This document shows positions 38,785 to 48,185 of a stretch of DNA of 64,000 nt, piece after piece. Source of the DNA: an uncultured Clostridia bacterium (lineage in GTDB: Bacteria; Bacillota; Dehalobacteriia; UBA4068); the NCBI GenBank assembly GCA_944390945.1, contig CALXRV010000054.1, positions 2,542 to 66,541 on the forward strand, given 5' to 3'. The notes below the pieces were generated by a model that was given only the letters and a program-made list of their open reading frames with translations, was not told the DNA's origin and did no database searches. The translations under genes and the position numbers were made by a program. How positions within the stretch are numbered: the stretch's first letter is position 1; each line of letters begins with the position of its first letter.

Positions 38785-41700
38785 TTAGCGCGCAACCACA
38801 TTTTTTTCACCGATCAACGTGCACATCGTGGCGATCATTTTTTTATCCAGCTCCACCCCGGCAATACCGGGAAAAGGCACATATTCCTTTTTGTCTGCAT
38901 AATACGCTTCTACCGCGATATGCCCCGGACTGCCGGCCAACACTTCGCGCGCCTGCTGCAGCAGCGCGGTCTGGCTTGCGGAAGGCAAACGTAAATAAAG
39001 TTTGCATGGCGGCAGCAACTCTGAAACGGTCAATTCCGGATCGCCGCCATTATCTTTTACCTTTGCCCGCACCACCACGGCGCTGCCTTCGGCTAAATGG
39101 TCACGCAGCCGCTCATACTGTCGCGGAAACAGCGTACAGCGCAGCGAGGCGCTTTCGTCTTCCAGCACAAAATTCGCCATCGGCTGCCCGTTTTTGGTAA
39201 ACCGGCGGCTGACGCCACGCACCATACCGGCTGTCGTAATCTCCTGTCCTTCCTCTGCCGAAAAAACTGCGCTGATCGAATGGCTGATCTTGCGCGCCAC
39301 ATATGGGCGGTAAACGTCAAATGGATGGCCGCTGATATAAAACCCCAACATCTCGCGTTCCATATCCAGCAGCTCGCGCGCTGGGTATTCTGGGCGCCGC
39401 GTCAGCTCCACCTCCGGCCGCTGCGACTCTGCCGAAAGGCCGAAATCGAACAGGGAAAGCTGGTTGCTCTGCTTGTCCTCTGCCATCCGCTTGCTCAGCT
39501 CCAGCACATGTTCAATAGAAGCGAGCATGGTGGCGCGTGTTTCACCCAGACTGTCCAGCGCACCGCAGCGAATCAGGCTTTCCAGCATTTTCCGGTTCAG
39601 CTGCTGCCGTTCGCAAAAATCTGCCAGGGAACGGTAAGGGCCATGCGCCGTGCGGTCCGCCACAATCTGGCGTACCGCCTCGCGGCCAACATTTTTCACC
39701 GCGCTCATCGCGAAGCGGATACGTCCATCCACCACGTTAAACTTTTCTCCGCTCTCGTTGATATCCGGCGGCAACATCGTAATGCCCATGCTACGGCAAT
39801 GCTCAATATATTTGGGGATCTTGTCGGCGCTGTCCATCACTGAAGTCATGGTCGCGGCCATGAATTCCGCCGGATAATTCGCTTTCAGCCAGGCAGTCTG
39901 GTAGGTAACAAAAGCATAAGCCGCGCTGTGGCTTTTATTAAAACCATAGCCACCGAAATATTTCAGCAGCTCAAAGATATCGGCAGCAGTCTTTTCCTGC
40001 AAACCATGCGCCACACAGCCGGAAACAAAATCATCGCGTGCTTTATCGATGATCTCCGGTTTCTTTTTTCCCATCGCACGGCGTAGCATATCAGCGGCGC
40101 CCAGCGTAAAGCCCCCCAGTGCGCGGACGATCTCCATCACCTGCTCCTGGTAGAGGATAACGCCATACGTTTCTGCAAGGATCGGCTCCAGCGAGGGATG
40201 CATATATTTGACCTTTTTCCCATGCCGGCCGTTGATGTAATCCTGCACCATGCCGCTGCCCAGCGGTCCCGGCCGGTACAGTGCGACCATGGCAATGATA
40301 TCCTCCAAGCGGTCCGGCTGCAGCTCGCGCAGATATTTTCGCATACCGTCGCTTTCCAGCTGGAATACAGCGGCAGTATCGCCGTCGGACAGCAGACGGA
40401 AAGTTGTCGCGTCATCCAAGGGGATATTATTGATATCGATCTTCTGCCCATGCGTTTTTTCAATATTCTCCAGTGCATCGTCGATCACAGACAAAGTTCG
40501 CAGCCCGAGCAGATCCATCTTGACCAGCCCGCACATCTCCACCTGCTCTTTGGCATACTGCGTAGTCACGCTGCCATCCTTGCTGTCCTTCTGCACCGGC
40601 ATATAGGAGATCAGCTCACGCTGTGCGATCGCCACGCCGGCAGCATGTTTTCCACAGTGGCTGGGCATACCACGAATATGGTCGGCAATATCCAGCAATT
40701 CATGCGCTACCGGATCCTGGTCATAGACTGCCTTTAAGTCCGGGCTTTTCTCCAGCGCATCGGCAATGGTCTTCACATCCGGATCATCTGGCATCAGTTT
40801 GACGATGCGGTCGGCATCTGCATACGGAATATCAAGCACGCGCGCTACACTCTTCACCGCACCCTTGACCAGCATGTAATTAAAGGTGACGATCTGCGAC
40901 ACCTTGTCCTCTCCGTATTTATGCACCAGATAATCGACCACTTCTCCGCGCCGCACATCCGAAATATCCGTATCGATATCCGGCGGCGTGACACGCTCCG
41001 GATTAAGAAAACGTTCGAAGAGCAAGCCCCAGCGTATCGGGTCAATATTTGTGATTCCCAGGCAATAGGCGACCAAAGAACCAGCCGCGCTGCCGCGCCC
41101 AGGCCCGACGGAAATGCCGTTTTTTCGGGCAAACTCGATCATATCCCAGACAATAAGAAAATAGCCCGGGAAATCCAGCCGGTTGATCACGTCAAGCTCA
41201 TAATTCATCCGCGCGACCAGCTCATCCGTTACCACTGCATAACGGCGGTGCAGGCCGGCCTCCACCATCTCGCGCAGATAGCTCTGCAAGTCATGCCCGG
41301 CCGGCACCTCGTAGACCGGCATATAAAGCTTGCCAAACTCAAATTCCACCTGACAGCGCTCTGCGATGGCCAGCGTATTGTCAATCGCTGCGGGCCATTT
41401 AGCGAACAGCTTGCGCATCTCCTCTTCGGTTTTCAAATAGAACTGATCATTGGCAAAACGCATACGGTTCTCATCGCTACGCAATTTGCCTGTCTGGATG
41501 CAGAGCAGGATATCATGCATCTCCGCATCGCGCGCATCCACATAATGCAAGTCATTCGTTGCAACCAGACCAATGCCAAGCTGTTCTGCCATCTCGGTCA
41601 GTACCGGCAGGCACTGCCGCTCCTCCGGGATGCCATGATCCTGGATCTCAATAAAAAAGTTGTCGCGACCGAAAATATCACGATACATGGTGGCCAGCTC

Positions 41701-42162
41701 CCATGCACGGTCGCGCTCGCCGCTCAGAATCGCTTCCGGAATCTCGCCGGCGATGCAGGCGGAAAGGCAGATCAACCCTTCATGGTAGCGACGCAGCAAT
41801 TCATGATCCACACGCGGTTTATAATAAAACCCTTCCAGAAAGCCATAAGATACCAGCTTGCACAGATTTTGATAGCCGGTATTATTCTCCGCCAGCAGCA
41901 CAAGATGGCAAGCAGCATCCCCTTTGCGTCCGCCGCGCGAAAAGCGGTCGTTTGTCACATAGACTTCACAGCCAATGATCGGCTTGATGCCATGTTTTTT
42001 GCAGGACTGATAAAAGTCGATCACGCCATACATCACGCCATGATCCGTGATCGCGCAGGCGGGCATACCATATTCCGCCGCGCGCTTCACCAGGTTATCC
42101 ACGCGCGCCGCACCGTCGAGCAAACTATATTCCGTATGATTATGCAGATGGACAAAAGCCAT
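38785..42162 (-). CDS. dnaE: DNA polymerase III alpha subunit
   Basis: FVHLHNHTEYSLLDG, GPGRGSAAGS, FERFLNPER..PPDIDTD, KMDLLGL, YGFNKSH; no intein seen. Confidence 0.98.
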   Translation of the reverse strand: MAFVHLHNHTEYSLLDGAARVDNLVKRAAEYGMPACAITDHGVMYGVIDFYQSCKKHGIKPIIGCEVYVTNDRFSRGGRKGDAACHLVLLAENNTGYQNLCKLVSYGFLEGFYYKPRVDHELLRRYHEGLICLSACIAGEIPEAILSGERDRAWELATMYRDIFGRDNFFIEIQDHGIPEERQCLPVLTEMAEQLGIGLVATNDLHYVDARDAEMHDILLCIQTGKLRSDENRMRFANDQFYLKTEEEMRKLFAKWPAAIDNTLAIAERCQVEFEFGKLYMPVYEVPAGHDLQSYLREMVEAGLHRRYAVVTDELVARMNYELDVINRLDFPGYFLIVWDMIEFARKNGISVGPGRGSAAGSLVAYCLGITNIDPIRWGLLFERFLNPERVTPPDIDTDISDVRRGEVVDYLVHKYGEDKVSQIVTFNYMLVKGAVKSVARVLDIPYADADRIVKLMPDDPDVKTIADALEKSPDLKAVYDQDPVAHELLDIADHIRGMPSHCGKHAAGVAIAQRELISYMPVQKDSKDGSVTTQYAKEQVEMCGLVKMDLLGLRTLSVIDDALENIEKTHGQKIDINNIPLDDATTFRLLSDGDTAAVFQLESDGMRKYLRELQPDRLEDIIAMVALYRPGPLGSGMVQDYINGRHGKKVKYMHPSLEPILAETYGVILYQEQVMEIVRALGGFTLGAADMLRRAMGKKKPEIIDKARDDFVSGCVAHGLQEKTAADIFELLKYFGGYGFNKSHSAAYAFVTYQTAWLKANYPAEFMAATMTSVMDSADKIPKYIEHCRSMGITMLPPDINESGEKFNVVDGRIRFAMSAVKNVGREAVRQIVADRTAHGPYRSLADFCERQQLNRKMLESLIRCGALDSLGETRATMLASIEHVLELSKRMAEDKQSNQLSLFDFGLSAESQRPEVELTRRPEYPARELLDMEREMLGFYISGHPFDVYRPYVARKISHSISAVFSAEEGQEITTAGMVRGVSRRFTKNGQPMANFVLEDESASLRCTLFPRQYERLRDHLAEGSAVVVRAKVKDNGGDPELTVSELLPPCKLYLRLPSASQTALLQQAREVLAGSPGHIAVEAYYADKKEYVPFPGIAGVELDKKMIATMCTLIGEKNVVAR

Positions 42163-42212
42163 GTTACCCCTCTTCCGCATTGCGGTCTGCTTCTATTTTC
42201 TCTTCTTCAAAT

Positions 42213-42905
42213 TCATTTTCTTTTCGGCATCAGGCCAAGCTCAGACAGGCTGATATAATGATCGCCGCAGGCGATAAAATGGTCGCGCACGCGTATGCCG
42301 ATCAGTTCCATCGCTTGCCGGATGCCCTCTGTCAACTGAATATCCAGATGGGAAGGCTGCGGTTCGCCGGATGGATGATTATGCGCCAGCAATACGCTGT
42401 GCGCATGATAACGCAGCGCGGTCTCCACCGCCACACGCGGATAAACGCCGACATGATCAATCGTACCTGTGCTGAGCAGAGCCGCCTTCAGCAAACGCTG
42501 ATGCGCATCCAGGCAAATCAGGTAAAATGATTCATAATGCTGTCCGATAAACAGCGAGCAGATGAATGCGCCCGCCTGACGCCGCTCGATGAGCAGAGGA
42601 CGTTCCCGTAGCTTAGCGCGCATATATCGGCGATAAAACTCCGGCATCAAACTGAGCAATGTTGCGGTATTGGGGCCAACGCCCTCCACGCGCAGCAGCT
42701 CATGATAATCCGCATCCAGAACACTATCAAAACTGCCAAAGCTGGCTAAAAGACGATGTGCCAGCTCATTTGTATCCTTATAGGGCATAGCAAAAAACAA
42801 GAGCAGCTCCAGGGCCTGATGTTCGGTAAAGGCATCCAGCCCTTCTTCCAGAGCGCGTTGTTTCAGCCTTTCGCGATGCCCCTTATGCAGGTTTTCCCCC
42901 GCCAT
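42213..42905 (-). CDS. radC: RadC family JAB-domain protein
   Basis: HKGHRERL, HhH VEGVG, HNHPSG...PS..D. Confidence 0.93.
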   Translation of the reverse strand: MAGENLHKGHRERLKQRALEEGLDAFTEHQALELLLFFAMPYKDTNELAHRLLASFGSFDSVLDADYHELLRVEGVGPNTATLLSLMPEFYRRYMRAKLRERPLLIERRQAGAFICSLFIGQHYESFYLICLDAHQRLLKAALLSTGTIDHVGVYPRVAVETALRYHAHSVLLAHNHPSGEPQPSHLDIQLTEGIRQAMELIGIRVRDHFIACGDHYISLSELGLMPKRK

Positions 42906-43035
42906 AGCCGCACCTCCGCCAACTGGCTTGTTCTCCTGCCCGCTGATTTTGATTATAACATATTTTGGCCATGAAACAAAGGCTGCCGGCAGATTTTTGC
43001 CGGCAGCGGAAATATCGGTTCAGTCCCCCAAGGGG

Positions 43036-43845
43036 TCAAAAAAGGCGAATCACCGCCAGCCAGCTGAGGAGAAAGATCAATTCCGCCCAGGCAGCCGCCG
43101 CACCATAGCTTGCATCATCCAAAGCCTGTAAATAATGCACACGGTATGTAGCAAACAGCATCACGCCGAGAATGCTGGGCAAAAAGGAAATGTATAAAGC
43201 AGGACAGGAAAACGGCAGAACGATGAGAACCGTCAGTACGGCAGCGGTCAACATATGCTTTCTGGTCATCGCACGATGCAGCCGTGCCGGCGCATGGGCA
43301 GGAAAATAAAAGATCAGCCACGCCATCAAAAAACGGCTCGCCACCGGTGCAATTAAAACGGCCAACTGCTCATCCGGTTGCCGCTGAAACAGAAAACAGA
43401 AGATCAGGAACAGGCCCACCAGCCAGACCAAACCCCAAACCAAGCCGCTGCGACTGACGCGGAAGCGCTTTTCCTGCGCTGCGATCTCGGTATCATTATC
43501 TTCGATTACCTCGTCCTCTTCAAACAAAGGCCGCTCCGCAGGCAGTTCCTCAGCCGCTGGTTGTGCAATGCCGCTGGCCACAGACATCAGATCGCGCAAC
43601 AGAAAAGCACCGCCCGCCAACAGATGCATACCCAGCAGGACGGCCGCGCCGCCGGTAGGCGGCATGACGATCGCCAAGCGCATGGAAAAGTAGACAACAG
43701 CACCGCTAAACAGCCCCAGCAGGGGCAAAAAACGCATTGCCTGCGGCAGCCGGCCGGTATCCGAATACCACCTGCGCGGCAGGGGCACATAGGTAAGCTG
43801 ACAGATTAAAAGCAGGATATCCCGAACCCAGTTGATGCGCTTCAA
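43036..43845 (-). CDS. divergent CobS (cobalamin synthase)-like membrane protein
   Basis: QLTYVPLP...AMRFLPLLGL N-terminus and DASYGA...AE C-terminus resemble CobS; TTG start overlaps the upstream stop; conserved acidic motif degenerate. Confidence 0.65.
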   Translation of the reverse strand: MKRINWVRDILLLICQLTYVPLPRRWYSDTGRLPQAMRFLPLLGLFSGAVVYFSMRLAIVMPPTGGAAVLLGMHLLAGGAFLLRDLMSVASGIAQPAAEELPAERPLFEEDEVIEDNDTEIAAQEKRFRVSRSGLVWGLVWLVGLFLIFCFLFQRQPDEQLAVLIAPVASRFLMAWLIFYFPAHAPARLHRAMTRKHMLTAAVLTVLIVLPFSCPALYISFLPSILGVMLFATYRVHYLQALDDASYGAAAAWAELIFLLSWLAVIRLF

Positions 43846-44150
43846 TGCTTCTCCCCGCTTTCCGCATCCATCGCCAGACGCTTGGCCTCTGCCTGCCACA
43901 ACTGGCGTGTATGCCGATTCAGTTGTTGGCGCAGCCTGCTGTTTTCCCGCATCAAGCGGTCCAGCTCAGCCCGGTGCCCGCTCTGTACCTGATCAAGCAG
44001 GCTCATCAATATGCGCCTGCTCATCCGCAGTGAGCTGATGCTGTCTTCCAGTCGCCGGATTTTCTCTTCATACAAAACGCTTTCTTCGTAACGCAACACA
44101 TCGTCGCCGGCCAACGGCAACCCGGCCTGCCGATCGATCGGATCTTTCAT
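43842..44150 (-). CDS. small coiled-coil hypothetical protein
   Basis: IRRLEDSISSLRMSRRILMSLL heptads; SD GGAGGG; coupled to the next gene. Confidence 0.8.
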   Translation of the reverse strand: MKDPIDRQAGLPLAGDDVLRYEESVLYEEKIRRLEDSISSLRMSRRILMSLLDQVQSGHRAELDRLMRENSRLRQQLNRHTRQLWQAEAKRLAMDAESGEKH

Positions 44151-44181
44151 TGTCCACCCTCCGCGATCATGTTTTTCTGCG

Positions 44182-45015
44182 CTAGTATATGCGGCGGGCG
44201 GCTGTTTCATCATTTTTCAAGGCAGCCAGTTTCCCCAATTGTCCGACAGTCGTCACGCGGCAACCCAGTTCCCGAATGCCAGGCGTATGAAAATCTGAAC
44301 CACCCAATGCAGCTAGCCGATGATGCAGCGCAATGCGGGCATACTTCTTCTCCATCTGTGGACTATGCTCTGGATGATATGCTTCAATGCCATAGATTCC
44401 GGCGTTGATCAACGGCTGCAATAGGGCGTCTGGCACGCCGCAGCCCGGATGCGCGAGCACAGGCGCGCCGCCGGCCGCACGGATGATTTCCACCGCTTCG
44501 AATGGACTCAGCTTTTTGCGCTCCACATAAGCGGGTAGCCCACGACCAAGCCATTTCTGAAATGCATCGCGTACTGATACCGCATAGCCGGCGTTCACCA
44601 TCGCCAAGGCCACATGTGGACGTCCCGGCGAACCACCCGCAGCGGCAAGAATTGCCTCCGCATCCAGCTCCATACCTAGGATGCGCAGGCGTCTTACCAT
44701 CTCATAAATGCGTCTGATGCGGGACTGCTGCAAAGCGGCCAACCGTCCGTCAGCGCGCAGCTTCGCCGCGTCAATCCAATACCCCAGGATATGCACGTCG
44801 CGCTCATAAATCTCCGAAGAGAATTCAATCCCCGTAATAACCGGGAAACCCAGCTCCTGTCCAGCGGCCATCGCCTCTGCCAGACCATCCACCGTATCAT
44901 GGTCTGTCAGCGCCATGCCCAGCAGGCCACACTGCTGCGCCCGTTTTACCAGCTCTGCCGGATGGAGAACGCCATCCGAAGCCGTACTATGCACATGCGT
45001 ATCAAAGCCAGCCAT
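44182..45015 (-). CDS. PHP-domain phosphoesterase (YciV/TrpH-like)
   Basis: DTHVHSTASDG, LTDHD, GIEFS, HILGY, LAHP, GGSDFH. Confidence 0.93.
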   Translation of the reverse strand: MAGFDTHVHSTASDGVLHPAELVKRAQQCGLLGMALTDHDTVDGLAEAMAAGQELGFPVITGIEFSSEIYERDVHILGYWIDAAKLRADGRLAALQQSRIRRIYEMVRRLRILGMELDAEAILAAAGGSPGRPHVALAMVNAGYAVSVRDAFQKWLGRGLPAYVERKKLSPFEAVEIIRAAGGAPVLAHPGCGVPDALLQPLINAGIYGIEAYHPEHSPQMEKKYARIALHHRLAALGGSDFHTPGIRELGCRVTTVGQLGKLAALKNDETAARRIY

Positions 45016-45101
45016 ATTCTTCCGCGCAGCTTACCGCGCCTGCTCCTTTCCTGAAATTTTCTTCAATACGACCTTTCCTGTCACAATGTACAGCGTCAGC
45101 G

Positions 45102-46022
45102 TTAGGCCTTGGCCGGCAATACGCGCTGCAACAGGCGGCGAACGCTTTCCCCCTGCACGTTTGCCAAATCCTCTTCCGCCATCCCGCGTTCACGCAGACG
45201 CTGATAAAGCGCGGGCAAATACTGCACCCCTGCGGTTTCCTCATGCAGGCCGGCGCCGTCATAATCCGCGCCCAAAGCAACATGCTCGCTGCCGATCAGC
45301 GATACCGCATATTCGATATGGGCGCAGACGCCATCCCAGTCTCCCGCATTGCCTAAAAAATTCGGGACAAAAGTAATCGCCGCCACGCCACCTTTTGCCG
45401 CCAGCTGACGTAATGATTCATCGCTCGTCGCACGTGGCCAACGATTGCAAAGCCCGCCGCAGACCGTATGCGAATCCACGATCGGCTGCGTGCTCCATTT
45501 CAACAGATCCCGCAACGTCGCCTCACTGCTATGTGCCGCGTCGAGCAGGACGCCTAACGCGTTGCACTTTTGCACAAGGTCGCGGCCAGCGCGGGTCAGG
45601 CCGCCGCCATACAGATTACTGCCAGCATAAGCATTATTGTGGTTCCAGGTTAAACTGAGCGCGCGCAAACCTTGCGCATAAAACTCCGGCAGATATTCGC
45701 CCTGCTGTCCCAATGGCGCAGCGCCCTCCATCGCCAGCAGAACCATGCTTTCGCCATTGTTTTCTGTCAGCTGCTCACGCCAGAGCAGCTGCGTCACCCC
45801 GGGAACAGAGGCAAGATCAGCCAGCAAACGCTCGCAAAGCAATCGTGCTTCCGCAGTCTCCCGGCCAGCCTCCTTTTTTTCATCCACGAACAGCGCGAAG
45901 AAAGCCACATCCAAATACTGCCGGAAACGGTTAAGATCCAGATGCGCCGCCGGCAAGTTCGCCAGGCTGCTGCCGCTTTCCCGCAAAAACTGGACGCTGT
46001 CATTATGACAATCGATGCGCAT
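45102..46022 (-). CDS. membrane dipeptidase (peptidase M19)
   Basis: IDCHND, AMEG, LTWN, LDAAH, DSH, HVALGADYDG. Confidence 0.92.
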   Translation of the reverse strand: MRIDCHNDSVQFLRESGSSLANLPAAHLDLNRFRQYLDVAFFALFVDEKKEAGRETAEARLLCERLLADLASVPGVTQLLWREQLTENNGESMVLLAMEGAAPLGQQGEYLPEFYAQGLRALSLTWNHNNAYAGSNLYGGGLTRAGRDLVQKCNALGVLLDAAHSSEATLRDLLKWSTQPIVDSHTVCGGLCNRWPRATSDESLRQLAAKGGVAAITFVPNFLGNAGDWDGVCAHIEYAVSLIGSEHVALGADYDGAGLHEETAGVQYLPALYQRLRERGMAEEDLANVQGESVRRLLQRVLPAKA

Positions 46023-46039
46023 AATAATCCCCCTTTTCT

Positions 46040-46816
46040 CTATAAGGCCGGCTGCCAGAACTGCAGCGGTGTTACCGCTGTGCAGCCGCCGTTTTCCGCC
46101 AGGTCGAACAATACACCGTTAAACTGCAAATCGCCATGCGCCGGCTCAAAGCGCGGGCTAATGCCAGTAAGGAAACGGGTCAGGATGGTCTCCCGCTCCA
46201 CACCAAGCACGGAATCGCGCGGTCCGGTCATGCCGGCATCCGTAATATACCCTGTGCCGCGCGGCAAAACGCGCGCATCCGCAGTCTGTACATGCGTATG
46301 CGTGCCGGCAAGCGCGCTCACACGACCGTCCGCATACCACCCCATCGCAACCTTTTCGCTGGTTGCCTCAGCATGAAAATCCACGAAAGTCCAGTCAGCC
46401 GTCTGCTGCGCCAACAGCTCGTTCAGCTTGCGAAAAGGGCAATCCTGCGCCGGCAGATAAACACGACCAATCAGGTTGATCACCCGCAGCCGCCTGCCGC
46501 AGATGGTATAGCTCTGCTCGCCACGGCCTGGCAGCCCTGGTGGATAATTCGCCGGCCGCACAATACGCGGTTCATGGTCAATAAATCCCGCCAGCTCCTT
46601 ATGGTCCCAGGTATGGTTCCCCATCGTAAAACAATCCACGCCGCAGGCATGCAGCTCCTGGAAACTGCGACGGCTCATGCCAAAGCCATGGCTGCTGTTT
46701 TCCCCGTTGGCAATCGTGAAATCCACCGCATATTCATCGATCAAGCGCGGCAGATGCTGCTCCACCATATGCCGTCCGGGATTGCCGACGATATCGCCGA
46801 TAAACAATAAACGCAT
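46040..46816 (-). CDS. ymdB: TIGR00282/YmdB metallophosphoesterase
   Basis: LFIGDIVG.PGR, NGEN, TMGNH, DFHAEATSEK, GTHTHVQTAD. Confidence 0.95.
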   Translation of the reverse strand: MRLLFIGDIVGNPGRHMVEQHLPRLIDEYAVDFTIANGENSSHGFGMSRRSFQELHACGVDCFTMGNHTWDHKELAGFIDHEPRIVRPANYPPGLPGRGEQSYTICGRRLRVINLIGRVYLPAQDCPFRKLNELLAQQTADWTFVDFHAEATSEKVAMGWYADGRVSALAGTHTHVQTADARVLPRGTGYITDAGMTGPRDSVLGVERETILTRFLTGISPRFEPAHGDLQFNGVLFDLAENGGCTAVTPLQFWQPAL

Positions 46817-46996
46817 GGCTGCCTCCGCCTGCTGTTGCCAGCATGTTTTACTAATTATTTAGTATATCATATCCCGCAGGAAAAAACAGGGTGACAATAA
46901 AAAAATCCAAGATCGTGATAAAACAAAAGGGCAGGCCTCCTGCACGCCCACCCTCTGCCAAGAAACAATTCTGCGGGAAACATCCGCCTTGCCTGT

Positions 46997-47275
46997 TCAG
47001 CTGCAAACCTCGTTCTGCAGCAGCACCAGTTGCGGCGAAACAGTTTCTTCCCGCACCGCGCCCACGTCGCGAGCAGCTTCCCCAGAACTTTTCCCTGCCA
47101 CCGCAGCATCCCGCCCTGCTGTTCCCTGACGCAGCATGGCCAGGACGCTTGTCCGCCGCATGACCAGCTCAGCGGTTGCGCTCAAATCTTCGCCACAGCA
47201 CGGACAGATCCAGATCTGACCACTACAGGCAGAATAAGACCGCTGCCCACAGATGGGACAAGCTTTGAACGGCAT
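46997..47275 (-). CDS. small zinc-ribbon protein
   Basis: CPICG..SYSA....WICPCCG; SD AAGGGGG; TGnTATGAT upstream. Confidence 0.65.
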   Translation of the reverse strand: MPFKACPICGQRSYSACSGQIWICPCCGEDLSATAELVMRRTSVLAMLRQGTAGRDAAVAGKSSGEAARDVGAVREETVSPQLVLLQNEVCS

Positions 47276-47530
47276 CCGACACGCCCCCTTCGCAAATCTG
47301 TTTTCATCATAGCAGAAGCAGCGGCAAGATTCTGTTGCACCCTGTCAACGGCGGAACGCTTTTTTCCTGCAACACACGCGGTTTTCCGTGGGCATTGGGC
47401 AAAAAGCACATCATCATTGAAACTTTTTACGCCCCGCATCCAACGGGACGGGGCAAAAAACCTGCTGCAGCAACAGGATCTGTTTCGAGCTATTGCCGCA
47501 ACGGTCGTAAAAACGTGTTGCGGAAAAAGG

Positions 47531-47580
47531 CAAAAAAACAGCCTATGCCGGCTGCAAAATGCAGCGCCAACATAGGCTGC
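47531..47580 (-). terminator. terminator after the SH3b gene
   Basis: CAGCCTATG...CATAGGCTG followed on the minus strand by T7. Confidence 0.7.
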
Positions 47581-47616
47581 CGATTCTTTCTCACTCCGGC
47601 GCCAGGCCGGAACAGA

Positions 47617-48108
47617 TCACTGCGGTGCGGCGCAAAGCCAGCTTGCCACATAGCCCTCCGTCCCGTTAGACAGACGGACATGATACCAGGTATCGCTGCC
47701 GGAAGTCGTAGAGCCCAGATATTCCAGCTCTGTCCCGCTTGCAACCCCACCGGCTACAACCTCAGCATCCGTAGAAGCAGAGGCACGCACGTTCACATCA
47801 TCAGAGGTCACTCGCACGGTCATCGAGGTTGCACCGCCTGTGGTCTCGCCGCCTGAGCCGGCAGGGTCGGTCGTTCCGGAACCGGAAATCGAACTGCCGC
47901 CAAGCAGCGCATACAGCTCGTCGATATCCGCCTGCATATCCTGCGTACGCGTTGCGAACAATTTATCGACATATGACTGTGTCGCCACCGGATCGTCCAG
48001 TGAACCGGCCTGTGTTCCGGAGGCAGAAACTACCTGGCCAACCACAAAGCCCAAGCCACTGAATACCAGTGCCGCAATAATCAAAACAACAACGCCGCCC
48101 TTGCTCAT
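47617..48108 (-). CDS. exported protein with C-terminal SH3b domain
   Basis: Signal/TM, GSLDDPVATQSYVD motif, G/S/T linker, VNVRASAST...WYHVRLSNGTEGYVASW. Confidence 0.85.
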   Translation of the reverse strand: MSKGGVVVLIIAALVFSGLGFVVGQVVSASGTQAGSLDDPVATQSYVDKLFATRTQDMQADIDELYALLGGSSISGSGTTDPAGSGGETTGGATSMTVRVTSDDVNVRASASTDAEVVAGGVASGTELEYLGSTTSGSDTWYHVRLSNGTEGYVASWLCAAPQ

Positions 48109-48185
48109 CGAATAACACTCCTTTTACCGGTTGAATTCGTATTTTAAATTATCAATATCGTTTTCTTAGCCCTGCAGCCAATCCA

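Noticed and set aside
40921-42258. 445-aa ORF antisense to dnaE
   Set aside because: Shadow ORF.
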